Below, piece after piece: positions 25,463-46,733 of a stretch of 64,000 nt of DNA. The translations under genes were made by a program, and so were the position numbers. Numbering within the stretch: position 1 is the first letter of the stretch; each line of letters starts with the position of its first letter. The notes below the pieces were generated by a model, which was not told where the DNA came from, did not search any database, and saw only the letters and a program-made list of their open reading frames with translations. The stretch is from Marsupella aquatica (lineage: Eukaryota > Plantae > Marchantiophyta): contig OZ316892.1 of assembly GCA_973895155.1 (NCBI GenBank), positions 8,415,251 through 8,479,250 of the forward strand, in the 5' to 3' direction.

Positions 25463-27040
25463 TGAGTAATTCAATTAAAAACAGAACAAAGTATTTGATT
25501 AGACGGAAAAATGTTAATGTAACATATCTCACAGTCAATGCTTCAGCAATTATTGAAGAGTGCGATAGTGTGTGTATGTAATTAGACAAAAAGAGTGTTA
25601 ATGTTGGAAATCCAACTGTTGAAGATTAAGGAATTATTGGAGAATGTGATCATGTTTGTGTGTTCTAATGTATAAGTTGTCACAGTTAATGATTGATGAA
25701 TTATTGGAGAATGTTAAGTGTATGATCGCTCGTTTGATGTATATATATTCTGAACGTTGAGTTGTTCTGAAAACAATACAAATGAATGTGAACTTCATGT
25801 TAGTAGAGGTGTTTAGAAATCAATACAAGCGAATATGAATTTAGTTTTATCTGGAAGTTGAGCTGTTTAGAAAACAATACACATGGATATGAATTTGAAG
25901 ACAATTGCACTTTTCATTGGATGGCTTTTTTAGTTGAACTTTAATTTATTCGAAAGTTGAACTACGCTAGACGCCAATCTGAAAGAACTGCGCGACTTTC
26001 GAGATCTCTATCTTGTTTGACAGCAAACGAACAATTGCGCTCCTAAGAAACATCGGACTCAGGATGTGGACTGTTGCAGACGACTCAACTCGTCATAAAC
26101 ATTGAATGGCAGGACTGCTTTAGAATTTGGATATCAATGATATGGGTTATCGCAATGCTCCACTGAGTTCGGAGTTGGCCTTCCGGATTTTCCCTGCGGA
26201 ATAGAATTTTTGGGCATACCGATTCGCCTCATGCAAACCATGATATTTCCTACCGTGACTGGCGAGTAAAGGACCATTTTATTGCGAGTCATTCGATGTG
26301 TCTACAATGGCAAAAAATGGGGTCCTATCTCTATTGATGATGACACTGCAATGAAGCACAGCATTCGCAGACTATACCTCAGGATCCCGCACTTCCCTTT
26401 CGAGACCTTAAAATATAAGCAGCCTTCTCCAAGATTTTTATTGAGTAATTCTGACACTCGAAATGAACAAGGAGAGCTATCCAGAACACGAGAGAGCAAT
26501 AATAGGACCTGACAGAAATTAACAGCTACCGTGACATTACAGTATGAGCCTAGCCTACTGTCAAAAGCCTTTCACCACCCTTTACACCATCCTACCTTAT
26601 CAAGGAGTTTGCACCGAGCTACGACAACTATCCCCAATCGAATGAATCGTATCTGGCAGCGCAATATTCTATTCACAAGGTTGAGAAAACGCGCTGCACA
26701 CAGAGCTAAACATTGTGTCGGCTTGTCAGACTTGTTTGCCGTTCATAATCAACAATGGAACCAGTCCATGTAAATGGAAAGGATACTTAGGATCCGAGAT
26801 TCTCCAACACTTCGCAGCCATTCTGCCAGTCCTCCAAGACCTCCTACTTTGCAATGTAGTAGCCATTCCCAAGATCGTCCACTTCACTAAATCATCGTTC
26901 AGCAAAACTAGAGAGCAGCTACCCACAAACTAATACAAGATTTGCGTAATTAACTGATCGGTCTGATTGGTTGCCACAGGTTGACAAGTTTTTGATTCGA
27001 GATATGAACCCCAAGCGGTAAACTTGCATGTGTTCCGACC

Positions 27041-30000
27041 CTATAGACTCCGGTAATCAATTACCGTAACCTCATCTTCAGGCGCATCCAGATCATGATA
27101 GCTGCATGACATGGATCCAAAAAAACCATCTCAGCAAAATCGTCCACTCATTTAGGAAGGATATCTAATAACATACAGAAGCACGCAAGGTTAGGGAAAT
27201 TTTCTCAGATTTCATACAGCTTCAGTTTACATCCATTCAACAATGCAACGTTTAGCACACATGAAAAGATCGAAATATTTAGGACACATGTCACGTGCCC
27301 TGATACGATTTCCTTGAAAGAAGAATTCAAAATTCTACAGGCAAGATTCCAATAAGCTCACCTTCGCACATTTCTAGGGTCGTGGCGGATATTTTGAGCA
27401 ATAGGACCCATCATGGGAGGAGGATTGTCCATCATGCCTGTATTCATGCCATGCCCACCAGTACCACCTACCCGACCCTTTCGGCCTCGTGGGCCACCAC
27501 CCCCATTGCCATCACCTTCAAAATTTTCATTGAAGGCACCAGGAAGGAATGGTGGGGGGCCACCTTGCTCTCTTAGCATACGCATCGCAACCTCTGGAGG
27601 CGCCGGGACAAATGGACCCAGAGGTCTGAGGTGACAATACAAAGAGCCATTATTTTCAGGACAAGGATATGAATTGCAAAAGGCAACTGTTCCCGGCAGA
27701 CTATTAGTATTTATATCAGATATAATTGAGGCTAAAGGACATCACACGATGCTGTACTCTGCGGATCTAGTCACAATTTATGAGACAGGAGCTGGATAGC
27801 ACTTACCCGGCACCTGGAACAGGCATAAGTACAGGTGGTGGCGGCGGTATGTCAGAACCAAATGGCGGGCCCCTGAGAGGAGGACCATTGAAAGGGTCGA
27901 ACATTTGCGTGTCAGAGGGGCCTCCTTCAAAGGGTCCTGGAGGACCACCGTCATAGGGAGGACCACCACCTAGTCCTGTTGCAAAATCCCCCCTCGAAGG
28001 TGAGCGCTCACCACCCCTATCAAAACGCTGCTCCTCTTCGTGGCTGATTCTGTCTGATCTCTCATTCTCACGAACCCCACCTCGTTCAAAGCGATCGCCA
28101 CCCTCACGTATCCCTCGACTAGATCCAACCAGTGAAAGTCCCGAACTTGGATTGCGTTCCGGAGCCATCCGCTCTGCTGCACCAGCGAATGTAGCTCCAC
28201 CACCGGAACCCCCTGCAGTTCTTCGTCTGCGATTCTTATCTCTCTGCTAAAGACATTACAACAAATAAGACACTGGGAACGAAAGTGTAACCAATCCTAC
28301 CTAGAGGCAGGAAACACAGAGCTACAGCTTTGCGTGTCAGGAAGTGAAATTGCACTTAGGAATCCGCTGGGTTCTAACTCACCGATCCATGTATTCCAGA
28401 GACGGCTTGATTTCCGCCAGGTGCATCTGGATCACTGGCATAAAGCACATGTAACAGGTAGAACAAGCTTAGGGATGAGACATAAGCGAGACTTGAACAG
28501 ACAGGAATCCGAACTACAAGCTGGGAGAAATCATATTCAATTACTTTACTGACCATCTAAAAGATAGAAACGTACCTCATGTAATTTTGAAAATATAGCT
28601 CTTCTCGTGCTTTTGCTACCACATCACTCACGAGCTCAGAATGCTTCAACTTGAGATGCTTGTGGACATACTCTGGACCATGGAATAATTTGGTACAACC
28701 CTTAGCCCCACAACCATACTTCCATCCATACTTCTCATCTCTAATCTTCCGGACAAACGGATCTAAGGCTTCATTTGCTGTAGCCTCTAGCTTGTCTCTT
28801 CCCAGCATAGCTACAATCAAATCTTGACTCAGAGTCCTGGCCTGCCAATGTGCATCAAGCTTTTTTTCCCACTCTGCAGCAGCTACCTGTGCAGCAGTTT
28901 CATCTCCACCCTTGGCCTCCGCTGCCCTTACATGTCTGAGGCCCTTCGGTGGATCCTTCAGCTCTATCATCCCGTAGTAATCAAGCCCATGGACTCGCCA
29001 CAAATACGTCAGTATGACATCCATAAGCTCAAGCCCTTCAAGCCCCTTCACCTGATTCGGTCCACGTATTATAACAATGGTCCCTACAGAGACACCACTC
29101 ATAACCTTCTCTCCATCGACATTTGAGTTTCCTGAAGTTAACAGTATATTGTCCACGATGCCCTTCTCTTCGTCAAGCTTCTTGATGACAGAGCGTGTTT
29201 GCTCTATATCTTTCAATATTCTTTGAGGGTCTGCTAGTGCAGCGGGCGCCTTAGGAGCAGCTTCAAATTCGCGATCTCTTGGAATAGTTTGTGAAGCTTT
29301 CCTTCTTTTAACATGAGTATCCATTTCGTCATCAGTACCCTGGTCATCTTTAGCCACAGACAGGCCCGCCACGGCACTTGCACCACTGCACATACATGTT
29401 CCAGGTATCGCATTGAGCAAAGGCTCTCCGGTGCGAGTGCTCTTGACTCCAAAAGCAAAATAGAATACTACACCCTCGGGAAATACGTCGTGTTAATATA
29501 TTGGCATCAAGGAATAGCATAAATCAGTGACATAACATTGCAAAACTTACATGTCCAGAGTGCCAGCTTGCAATTCTGTCTGAAAATCTTTTGCTAGTGT
29601 TTTCGCATTTTCATTCCTCCTGTCCAGCGCAACAAGAGGTGATTAGTATATGCAATGACCCGGCACAACCAAAGCGCGTGTAATAACTTGCAAGACGGTA
29701 AGACGGAAAAGATGGTAACACGAAATTGAGGCGTTTGCTCGAAATTAGAACAGACATTAGAGCAGAAAATCTCCGAAGTTGCAATGGTCACCTTAGCAAA
29801 ACAGCTTCAAGACGAGAAGGATCATATTTTTCTCGAAGCCTGTTGAAACAAAGCGAAGAGGATCAGAGGCAAGCTAGGCCATAAACAAACACCGCGAGGC
29901 GGATTGCCACCTCTGGCAAATTCGAGCATGCAATATGACGGTGCAACCGACGGCCAGATGAGACTCTGTAAACCCCGTGTCTGCGCTAGAGAGTGCTGAA

Positions 30001-33000
30001 CTCCAAACAGAGTATATCAGCCTTCATTCACGAAGAAGGTTAACTGAATTACACACGCCACAGTCTCTTGACGTAGAGGCACCGATATCCTAACAGTGAT
30101 ATCATTACAATGATGATATCACACAATGATGAACTTTGACTATTAATTTATGATGAACAGCAAAGATTGTCGATAGGTCCTAGGATTACTTACTTTAATA
30201 TTCGAACAATCTGTGAAGTAAATGTACATCAATTAATCTTTTTCAGCAGCGCTCTTAGCATTTTGCTGCATCTAGGCTCAAACCCTAAACCAAGACAACT
30301 GAGACGACGAGAAAAAGAAATGCAAACATGAAGGAAAAAGATCCTAGCAGTATGTGCATGTTGAAGTTTACCACTCCTCATCTTTGTTTTGTTCAAAGAA
30401 GGCACGTTTTTGTGTGGTGATGAATTCAGCTTTATACTCGTCATACCTGTTGACAAACAACACAACACCCGGCACCGGTAAATTATTTACCGACAGCAAT
30501 TCTTTGCAAAATGTCCGTTACTCCAGTACATGCTCTTGCGCCGGACTCAGGTGAAAATTTAGGACGGAAAGAATTGGTTCGGTCAAGCAAGAAAGATTCA
30601 ATACCTCCGCTCTGCTTCAGCGGGTAATATGTCATCTTCAAGTTCGGCAATGAACTGTTTGTAGGACATTAAACCTTCTCTGCGAATCCACAATTTGATG
30701 TTATTCCAAGATCAGGAAGAAATGTAAAAACTTAACACCTAATCTTTGCGGTTAAATACCGTTCCTAAAACCGCTGAAGTCATATTACTAAACACAAATC
30801 TGATCGGACATTGAAAATCGAATACAATTCAACAAAGATACGACTCATCACTTTATAGACCTAAACGCGCAGCAAGCAAGTACCTTCGTGCAGGTGAAGC
30901 CCCATATCCATGTGGACCGTCACTAAAACCAGTGCGATGAGGCCCAGGCCAATCTGTATTATACGTAGCAGAACAATGTAAGCTTCCAGCCCTCCACTGC
31001 AACGATACTAACTAAAGAAAGCCTCAACCTCCAACTCCATTCGAAATGGGGAATCAATTCAATAGACATACCAGGATGGCCTCCGTGGAAGCCAGAACGA
31101 CCCCCATGTCTACCATGTGACCTATCATCTCCTCCATGGACACCCCCTTGGCCTCCACGAGCATCGTAAGGACCCATTGCTTCGTAACCATACCTACAAT
31201 CAACTAACTGTTATGTACAAATAATTGAGCCTCTTAACGTGATATGTGGTTGCGATCACAAGCAAATGAGAGAGCCTTCAGTACTAGGTCAACTCCAAGG
31301 AGCCCAACGAAGTCCAACATGGAGGAGCAGTCGAAGAGTATAATCATTCGTTACAGGCAAAACAATGACATGTCATCCTTCGTGACCTCGAAGCACAGCA
31401 CCTGAGAGTGCATGACGGTCAGTGCCGCTACTGATTTACGCAAGAGCTTAGACATTGTGTAAATAGTGTTTATATCCCCATTAGACAACCCTCTGCTGAA
31501 ACAAATACAAAACTTGAATCTCATTGTCATCTTAATCAAAAGGAGGTGATAACTTCAAGCAAACACCGGTTGACCGAGAAGACAAAAACATACAGAGGAC
31601 ACGTCTCATGATAAGGCCCCCAATCACAGCCTTCGACAGGTGAAGTCGGTAGCGTGGCACCTCTCATTGCTCTTGCTTGGCGCCATGCTCTCTGATCGTC
31701 CTAACATCTGCTTACGTAGTGACAGCCAAGACTCTGTTTCGATTTCGGCATCGAAGCCACTGGCTAATCACTATCCCTCTCCTGATAGTGGTGTCGTGAA
31801 ACTACACTCCTCTCACACTCCTGATTGGATGAAATTGATGTTCCTCACTCAATCGACAGATATGATTACGGCACTATGCCTCTCTCAAAATTCACTCAAG
31901 TTCTTTCTTGGGCAGAACAGAAACTGCCTGCATGTTGTCCCGGATCGATACGATTCGATTGAGAGAGCTAAACTTATGTTTGGAAGATTGGTGAGATTCG
32001 CATGGGAGGAATCCCCAATCTCAATCATCAACATATCCGGATGCCTGTGTCCACAACGAGCCGTCAGAGTCTGGCTAAGGTGCACAGTATCCTGCAAGGC
32101 CAACATTACCAGCAAAAGGTTTCCTGTAAAGATAAAAATACAAAACCACGGGAACCAACGACCTACGAAAAGCTAGCAGACCTTATAGTAAGGTATATGG
32201 AAGGGGTCGTAGCTGCAAAGAGTGGACAAGGAAACGAACAGGTACTTCTTTCCTTGGTAGGGACCCAATACAGCAAACTTCGCTGTAACTGAGCATTCGT
32301 TGCAAGGACAGGAAACGAAGAGGGGTGGTACGATGGTTTCGCGTAAGGCCTATTGAACATCTATATGAAGGGCAGCGGAGGCATAATGAAGTATTCAGGT
32401 AAGCTCCGATCCAGACACCTCAGTGGAACCTTTAGCGACGGCTTCGTAGAATCTGTGTAGGCATTTGCTTTCTTCGTTCTACTGAGGAGGACAAACAATG
32501 CTTTTTCTCGATGCAATGTAGAGGAGAAGTACTGCAAAAATACAGCGAATAGCGTCCCGTCCGACTTTGAACGTGGAAAAGTAGGCACAAGACAAACGTC
32601 TATCCCCTGGCAGTTCGAATTTCCAACAAAGTGAAATGACAAGATAAAGCTACCTACGATCACCCGCGAAACCTGCCGCTCTTCCGAGATCCTCTCCGCC
32701 CGAGAGCATATTTCCGCGGGGTGAGGTGCCCTTTCGCCCAGCATCATGTTCCTCGTCTCTACGAGACCGCTTGTAAGGGGGAGTGCGTCGGAGAGAAGGC
32801 GAGAATCGACGGTCACGGTCGCGATAGCTGAAGGGAGGAGGACTAGGGCTCTTCCGCCGTTTGTTCTCTTTTTCTCGGTCCCTACGCTCCACCGCATTTC
32901 CTCCTGGGCCAAGACGCTCTTCAATCCTAGTCCTTCTCTCGTGCTGATCTCGACGAGGTGGCCGATCATCCCTATCCTCTCTTCTCTCCCGTGGCTCTCG

Positions 33001-33108
33001 ATCTCGCCTCCCATCCTCCGCCACTCTGTCCTTCCGATCAGCAGACCGGTCTCTCCGTCTATCCTCCCTCGGCAGGGGCTCCGGCAGAGTCTCCACCACC
33101 TCCGTCAT
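27041..33108 (-). CDS. SE: SERRATE (Ars2 family) RNA effector, about 846 aa, 12 coding exons
   Basis: Exons (-): 33108-32654, 31193-31072, 30953-30884, 30679-30605, 30446-30372, 29839-29792, 29619-29551, 29385-28576, 28434-28383, 28246-27807, 27625-27362, 27101-27041; total 2541 nt, in frame. Motifs: GLMSYKQFIAELEDDILPAEAERRY, YLWRVHGLDYYG, C2H2 finger GCGAKGCTKLFHGPEYVHKHLKLKH, PVLMPVPGAGPLGPFVPAPPEVAM, C-terminus SYHDLDAPEDEVTVIDYRSL. Confidence 0.97.
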
Positions 33109-33335
33109 GGTAGTCGTCGAACCCTGCAATCACAAGAGGATTCAAGGCCTTGAACAACGTAAACCTTCCCCAGCGAAATCGCTCGGGCTCTCCTTCACAG
33201 AAACTTGTTGCCCGCCCGTCCCTCCGTCTGCACGCAGCAGAGCTTCAACCAACCTAGTCTTCCACGTTGCCAACAAATTTGCCGAATCGAACGAGCGCTC
33301 TCGAAGACGGAGCGAGAGAACGGAAGAGAACAGAC

Positions 33336-33368
<33 letters not shown>

Positions 33369-33415
33369 CTAACGCTTTCTGCAGCGACGAACCATAGTAG
33401 TGCACAGATGACGCG

Positions 33416-34028
33416 TTCGGTGCTCGAGTAAACTAAACTAGACTGGCCCCATGTTCTCTCTCTCTCGGGGGCTCATCGTGTCAAGACGTGGATGCTCAGA
33501 TAGAGAGCATATTTTTTGATCTCTGGACTACAATAGACCTAGTACTGAGTTCGGTGCTCGCCTAAACTAAACTAGACCGGGGAGCACTTCTTTTCGTCTC
33601 CTTGTGTCCGCATCTTCTCTCGCTCTCGGGCCTCATCGCGTCCAGACGTGAATGCTCCGATGGACCCTACTAATTGATCTAAGGACTCCAATAGACCTAA
33701 TACTGTGTTCGGTGCTCGACTATACTGAACTAGACCGTGTTGCAGTTCTTCGTGGCGGCCCCATCTTCTCTCTCCCTCAGGCTGCATCATGTCCGCACGT
33801 GGATGCTCAGATGGGCCACATTGTTTGATGTGAGGAGTACAGTAGACCTAATACTGAGTTTGGTGGTTTCCACTTCTTTGTCTCCTTGTGGCCCAATCTT
33901 CTTTCTCTCTCTGGCCTTATTTGTCCAGGAGTGGATTCTCACGTGGACCACATCATTTGATCTCAAGACCTCTATAGACCTAATAAAATCACATACGACT
34001 CTTTTGGTGCTCAACTAAACTAGAGCTT

Positions 34029-34074
<46 letters not shown>

Positions 34075-34146
34075 GCCCATTGATCTTGTTCGGAAATAGA
34101 TGCTTAGATGGACCAATTTTTTTGATCACAGACTGCAAGAGACCTC
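33416..34146. repeat. Degenerate tandem array (5 units of about 135-160 bp) immediately upstream of SERRATE, including (CT)n at 34031-34072
   Basis: The unit tt(c/t)ggtgctc...aactagac...tctctct...acgtggatgctcagatgg...tttgatct...atagacct starts at about 33416, 33550, 33708, 33859 and 34003. Confidence 0.85.
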
Positions 34147-34626
34147 TAATCCACCAATGGGAGCTTTAAGCTGTTGATGGGATGATCTAACACATTACTA
34201 GTACTACCTAGTTGGCCCCCTCATCAATTAATGTGTGACAATACTGGGCATACCTCACTTTGTTTGACGTTCAAGATTGCAACAACAATGTTATTTGTGT
34301 CATCACAAGATTGAGAAATAACTCTCCCTACCAAACTATTAGACTACGAAGCACCTCCTCGAGCATGAGGTATATGCTTGATGGGACCCCTACCAGTACT
34401 TATTTGCCTGATGTGCCAATACAAAAGTTTTGTTACCAACTCTAACATTGTCATGTCAGATATTCTTGTAACAATTCCTATGCGTGTTTTAGTTTGATAT
34501 TGTCACCAATAACAGCTACTACAAAGTTTAGGGTCAACCATGTTGCAACCACAAACTAAATGGTCGGAATTATGCTCAACGGTGTTGGAATGACAAACTA
34601 CACAGCTAGTGGGAACAACAAAGCAG

Positions 34627-34970
34627 TGTTAGATATTGCTCTAATCTTGTGACTCATGAGCTAATCACAGTTAATCTAACTCGGGTTAGGACTTAGCTAA
34701 TGTTAGCGGTAGTGTTGTTGTGCATATAGCCAGGGCTGATGCCAGACCCTGGTGGAACTTAGGCTCATTGTTACGGAGCTAGTTGAGAGATAGAGAGAGC
34801 TTGTGCTGTGGATACTTGGTATGGCTGGTCGGTTTAGAGTGCAGTAAAGCTCTTGTGTGTTCACGTGGACGTAGCCACATGTGGAGGTGAACCACATATC
34901 TCTCTGTGTCGACTCTTGTACGTTGGATGGTTCATGGGCTTGCAATTGCGAATGTAGTCTATGCTCAACA
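34627..34970 (+). mobile_element. Solo LTR of the same family as 1088-1508 and 2929-3260
   Basis: Starts tgttagatattgctctaatcttgtgactca (compare 2929) and ends gtctatgctcaaca. The 3' 220 bp closely match the reverse complement of 1088-1300. Flanks agcag/aacaa look like a decayed TSD. No PBS. Confidence 0.88.
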
Positions 34971-35359
34971 AACAATGGTCATTGCTGCCCAAACTATCTA
35001 TTTAGGAAACTTGTAAGACAATTTTTCCAAGAGGCCACCTAAGACTACTCAGGTGCTTTGAAAGTTGAAGGTGAAGTTGAATCTGAAGGTGAAGCTGAAA
35101 GTGAAGTTGAATCTCAAGGTGATCATGAAGGTGAAGAGGAAGAGGAATTTGAAGCTTAAGATGAAGATGAACTTTTATGGCACTATGACAATTGATACGA
35201 ACAAATCATTTGGAGTGGCTAACAAAACATCTCAAACTTAGTGAAAAAAACAATGTCCCTCTGCGAAAAAAACAAAAACTACAAAAAATGGATGGAATAA
35301 AGAACCAGGTAAAGAACAAGTAAATTACATTTGGTGTGAATGGATGTGAATGATAAAAT

Positions 35360-36225
35360 CAATGCATGCTTCTCTAAACTAGAAGGAAAAAGACAAATTC
35401 TTCTCTTTATCGTCCATGTATACAAAGTGTTCCTCCCTCTACCATCCATGCTATATCATGCATGCTACACCATACAGTGCTCTTCCTTCAATCATCCATG
35501 TAATAGCATACTCCTTTCTCTACCATCCATGCAATATCTTCCATGCATACAGGTGCTACAATTGACAGGAGTTTAATTGCAAATATTACATAGCCAATAA
35601 AGTAGTGCACAATCTAATTAATGAGAGAAAGAGGAGAATTGTTTTTAATAAAACAGAGGGAACCAGAAGAAAGGGGAGGGTAGACAGGGAGGGGGATTGG
35701 TTTGTGGGGGAGGGGGTGTTAAGATTTAAAAGGAAAAAAATGAATAAAATCATTCTCGCTTAGTTTGTTATACTTTGGTGGTCAATGTTGCCTCTCTTTC
35801 AAGTCATGAGATATTTCTAATAAACAAAATCTTTTACTCAAGCTATCTTTTGCACCAGGATACAATTTCTCATATCTTTAGCACAACTTCATCTATTCTG
35901 CATTGAAATCTTTTGACAAACAATATCTTTTAGTAAATCACATGTTTTGCACAATGATATATTTTACTTAATGACATTTTTGGTGCAACCACATCTTTTA
36001 CATAACGATGTCTTTTGCGCAATGACATCTTTTGAGCAAACACATATTTATTTAATGACATTTTTTACTTAACTACATCTTTGTGCAATGTCAAATATTT
36101 TATTAACAATATCTTTTGGGCAACCATATATTTTACTAAACAATATCTTTTGGGAACGACATCTTTAATGCAACTACATGTTTATGCAACAACATCTTCT
36201 GTGCAGTGCACGTGGAGTGAACTAG
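35360..36225 (+). mobile_element. Second Helitron copy, related to 19925-21680
   Basis: 3' end gtgcagtgcac-gtggagtgaa-CTAG|T (CTAG 36222-36225), preceded by acatcttt repeats (reverse complement of aaagatgt). A G-rich block at 35670-35720 mirrors the C-rich block at 21255-21300. The 5' limit is approximate. Confidence 0.65.
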
Positions 36226-36411
36226 TCTATTTCATTAAGCACGATCAAAAGCTACTACAAGTGCTTATGGTCTAGACTGAAGCCTTTAGACTACAACTCC
36301 AAGGGCACAACATCAGTTGGGGGTGGAATTCAAAACAAACACAGTCATAAGCAATGGCCATTTACAAGCAAAACATGGGCATTCAGGTTAGTAGTTAAAT
36401 CTGCATGTATA

Positions 36412-36585
36412 CAAAAAACAGACTTAACAGGACCCCTCTGGACTCTCCTGGACTTAACCGGACCCTTGTGAGTAAGATGCCATGAAGACCTGGGCAAGAT
36501 GGGCAGTCATAGGGAAATCAAGTCTTCATGGCATCTTATTGGACTGTTACCAAGAGATGCCAGAGGGGTCCTCTTAAGTTTTTTC
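36412..36585. repeat. Inverted repeat, MITE-like remnant
   Basis: acttaacaggacccctctgg / ccagaggggtcctcttaagt, with an inner perfect aagatgccatgaagac / gtcttcatggcatctt. Confidence 0.6.
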
Positions 36586-38578
36586 TTGGCACCTATAGTA
36601 TTGCCTGACCACAAATCAAGGTATACGTTAGTTGGCACCATTGGTTTATGGGTAGCAAATACCTTGACTTGGTTGGTTAGTGTTCAGACTATAGAGCAGA
36701 CACGTGTGTAACTTTGCTCACCGACATGGTACATTATTCTGGGGACCTCAAAATGTACTTTTCTCGTGATTAATGTGCTTTCGTGTTGTGGCCGATGGTG
36801 ATACAGTCTTAGAGTGGACTGGTCGACTGGAGGAGTGTGGACCGCGGAGTGGGACAAGTCGAACTGACCTGCAAAATGGACCTGTGTGCTCTTTAGTGTC
36901 ATCTCTGTATACAAATCTGATTTCGAAGCCAAAAAATGGACGTGTGGGCTTGGGCCACGAGCTCTCAATCCCCCCAGTCCTAGGACTCTGCGCATCACCG
37001 CATACTCTTCCTCTCTAGCCCTTTGGCTGCTTGGTCCGGTGCATGCTGTTGTCACATTGCTAAGTAGACTGCAAGGGGCGGGGCCTCGAAGAGTTGATCA
37101 CCGTGAATCCCAGCTCCTGTCCTCGAATCGCTCGAACGTGGGTCAGGTGTGGGATACAGCAGAAGAGAAGGAGCTGCAGAGAAGGAGCCAGAGGGACAGA
37201 GACTCAGAGCTTGAAGAATGCAAGGAGCTTAGGAGGGAATGCTGTCAGCCAGATTTGAGTTTGTTGCGAGTGTGCATGTGCAGAGCTTTCTTTTGGGCGG
37301 CGACTCGGAGATGAGCTAGAGAGAGGGATACTTTGATTCGTGCTTGTGAGAGGGTCTAATGTGGAGAGTTTTGGTTGGGCAGAGACTCGGAGATGAGCTA
37401 CAGAGAGAGATTTTGATCGAGAGGTGATGGGTGACTGAAGTAGTGATGTGGAAGAGAGATTTTCCCCGATTGGTTGAGTCTGGAGGGCGGGGATGCCAGC
37501 TACTGCTACTGTAGTAGTGGTTACTGACTGACAAAGGGTGGTGGGGAGGGGCAGGGAGACGGGTGCGACACACTCTCATAATTTTTTCAGGGACGTCATT
37601 CATCTTTAGAGGAAGACGAAGCAGAGTCTGGTGTTGGAGCAACTGTAGATGGTTAGATACCAATATGGGGTTCTGGGTTCAGTCGCGGTGATCTACATTG
37701 TAGCAGAATGATTCCAAAACAAATGTGGTGACCGCTCAAGGTTGGGATTTTCACTGAGGTTGACAAGAGACCTTGGGGGTTCAAGTTTTGGGTTTGCCAC
37801 AATCTCTGTTACATAACTCTTGTTTGTGCATGCATTTTGTATTGGTATGCCTCTTGTGGGGTAGTAGTCTATTCCACACTTTACATGCCTTTCTGCTCCA
37901 AAGAAACGCTTATGGATAGAGGATAAAGATACGTCCTCATCTTTGTTCTCATCTCGACACTAGAGGCTCATAACATTATCATGGTCGAAGAACTTAGTTA
38001 TGGGATCCGGCATAGCGAGTTGAGAATTTTGTTAAGTACATTCCTGCGTGGGGAATATCGCCTGCTTGAGAGGTTTGGACAAAGCTGATGTGGATGATGA
38101 GAGCCGGGCTGGAAAATATGTATGGTGGGCTTTGCTTGATTTCGAAAGTGAAACCTCGATTCAATTGAATTTGTTTTCTACATGGTACAAGCTACATTCT
38201 TCAAACTGCCGTGGTTGGTTGCACTGATCTCTGGACCAACGCGAATGCAGGAATGAACGCAAGGGAGTCATTGTAAACTGAAGTTAGCAGCAGCCTATGG
38301 CTCCACCAATGTTGTCGTTTTTAGGTGAGATTCCTATGGCACCTTCTCGTTTCACGTTCATGTATGAAATGCATCGTTAAGTCGTGATCGGACTGTGATA
38401 GGTAGATGCTGTATTTCATAGAAGATTATCGTGGTTTACATTATACTGGCAATGGTTCTCTTGGAAGTATTTTTTTGTTAGTTCCTTGTTTGTCTGCCGT
38501 GATTGTCTTTGTTAGACTGGCCAGAAGATTGACCGCTGAAGATCTTAATCTGAGAATTGCTGTTCTGGTTGTGTAGAT

Positions 38579-46733
<8,155 letters not shown>

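Noticed and set aside
31640-32176. 178-aa antisense ORF in SERRATE intron 1
   Set aside because: Non-ATG start, no recognisable domain; I also found no convincing intronic miRNA hairpin.
34583-34626. Alternative solo-LTR start at tgttgg (34583)
   Set aside because: Alignment with the other two LTRs places the start at 34627.
35060-35170. Acidic EGE-repeat coding-like stretch
   Set aside because: Short, interrupted by stops and between TE remnants; no gene model can be supported.
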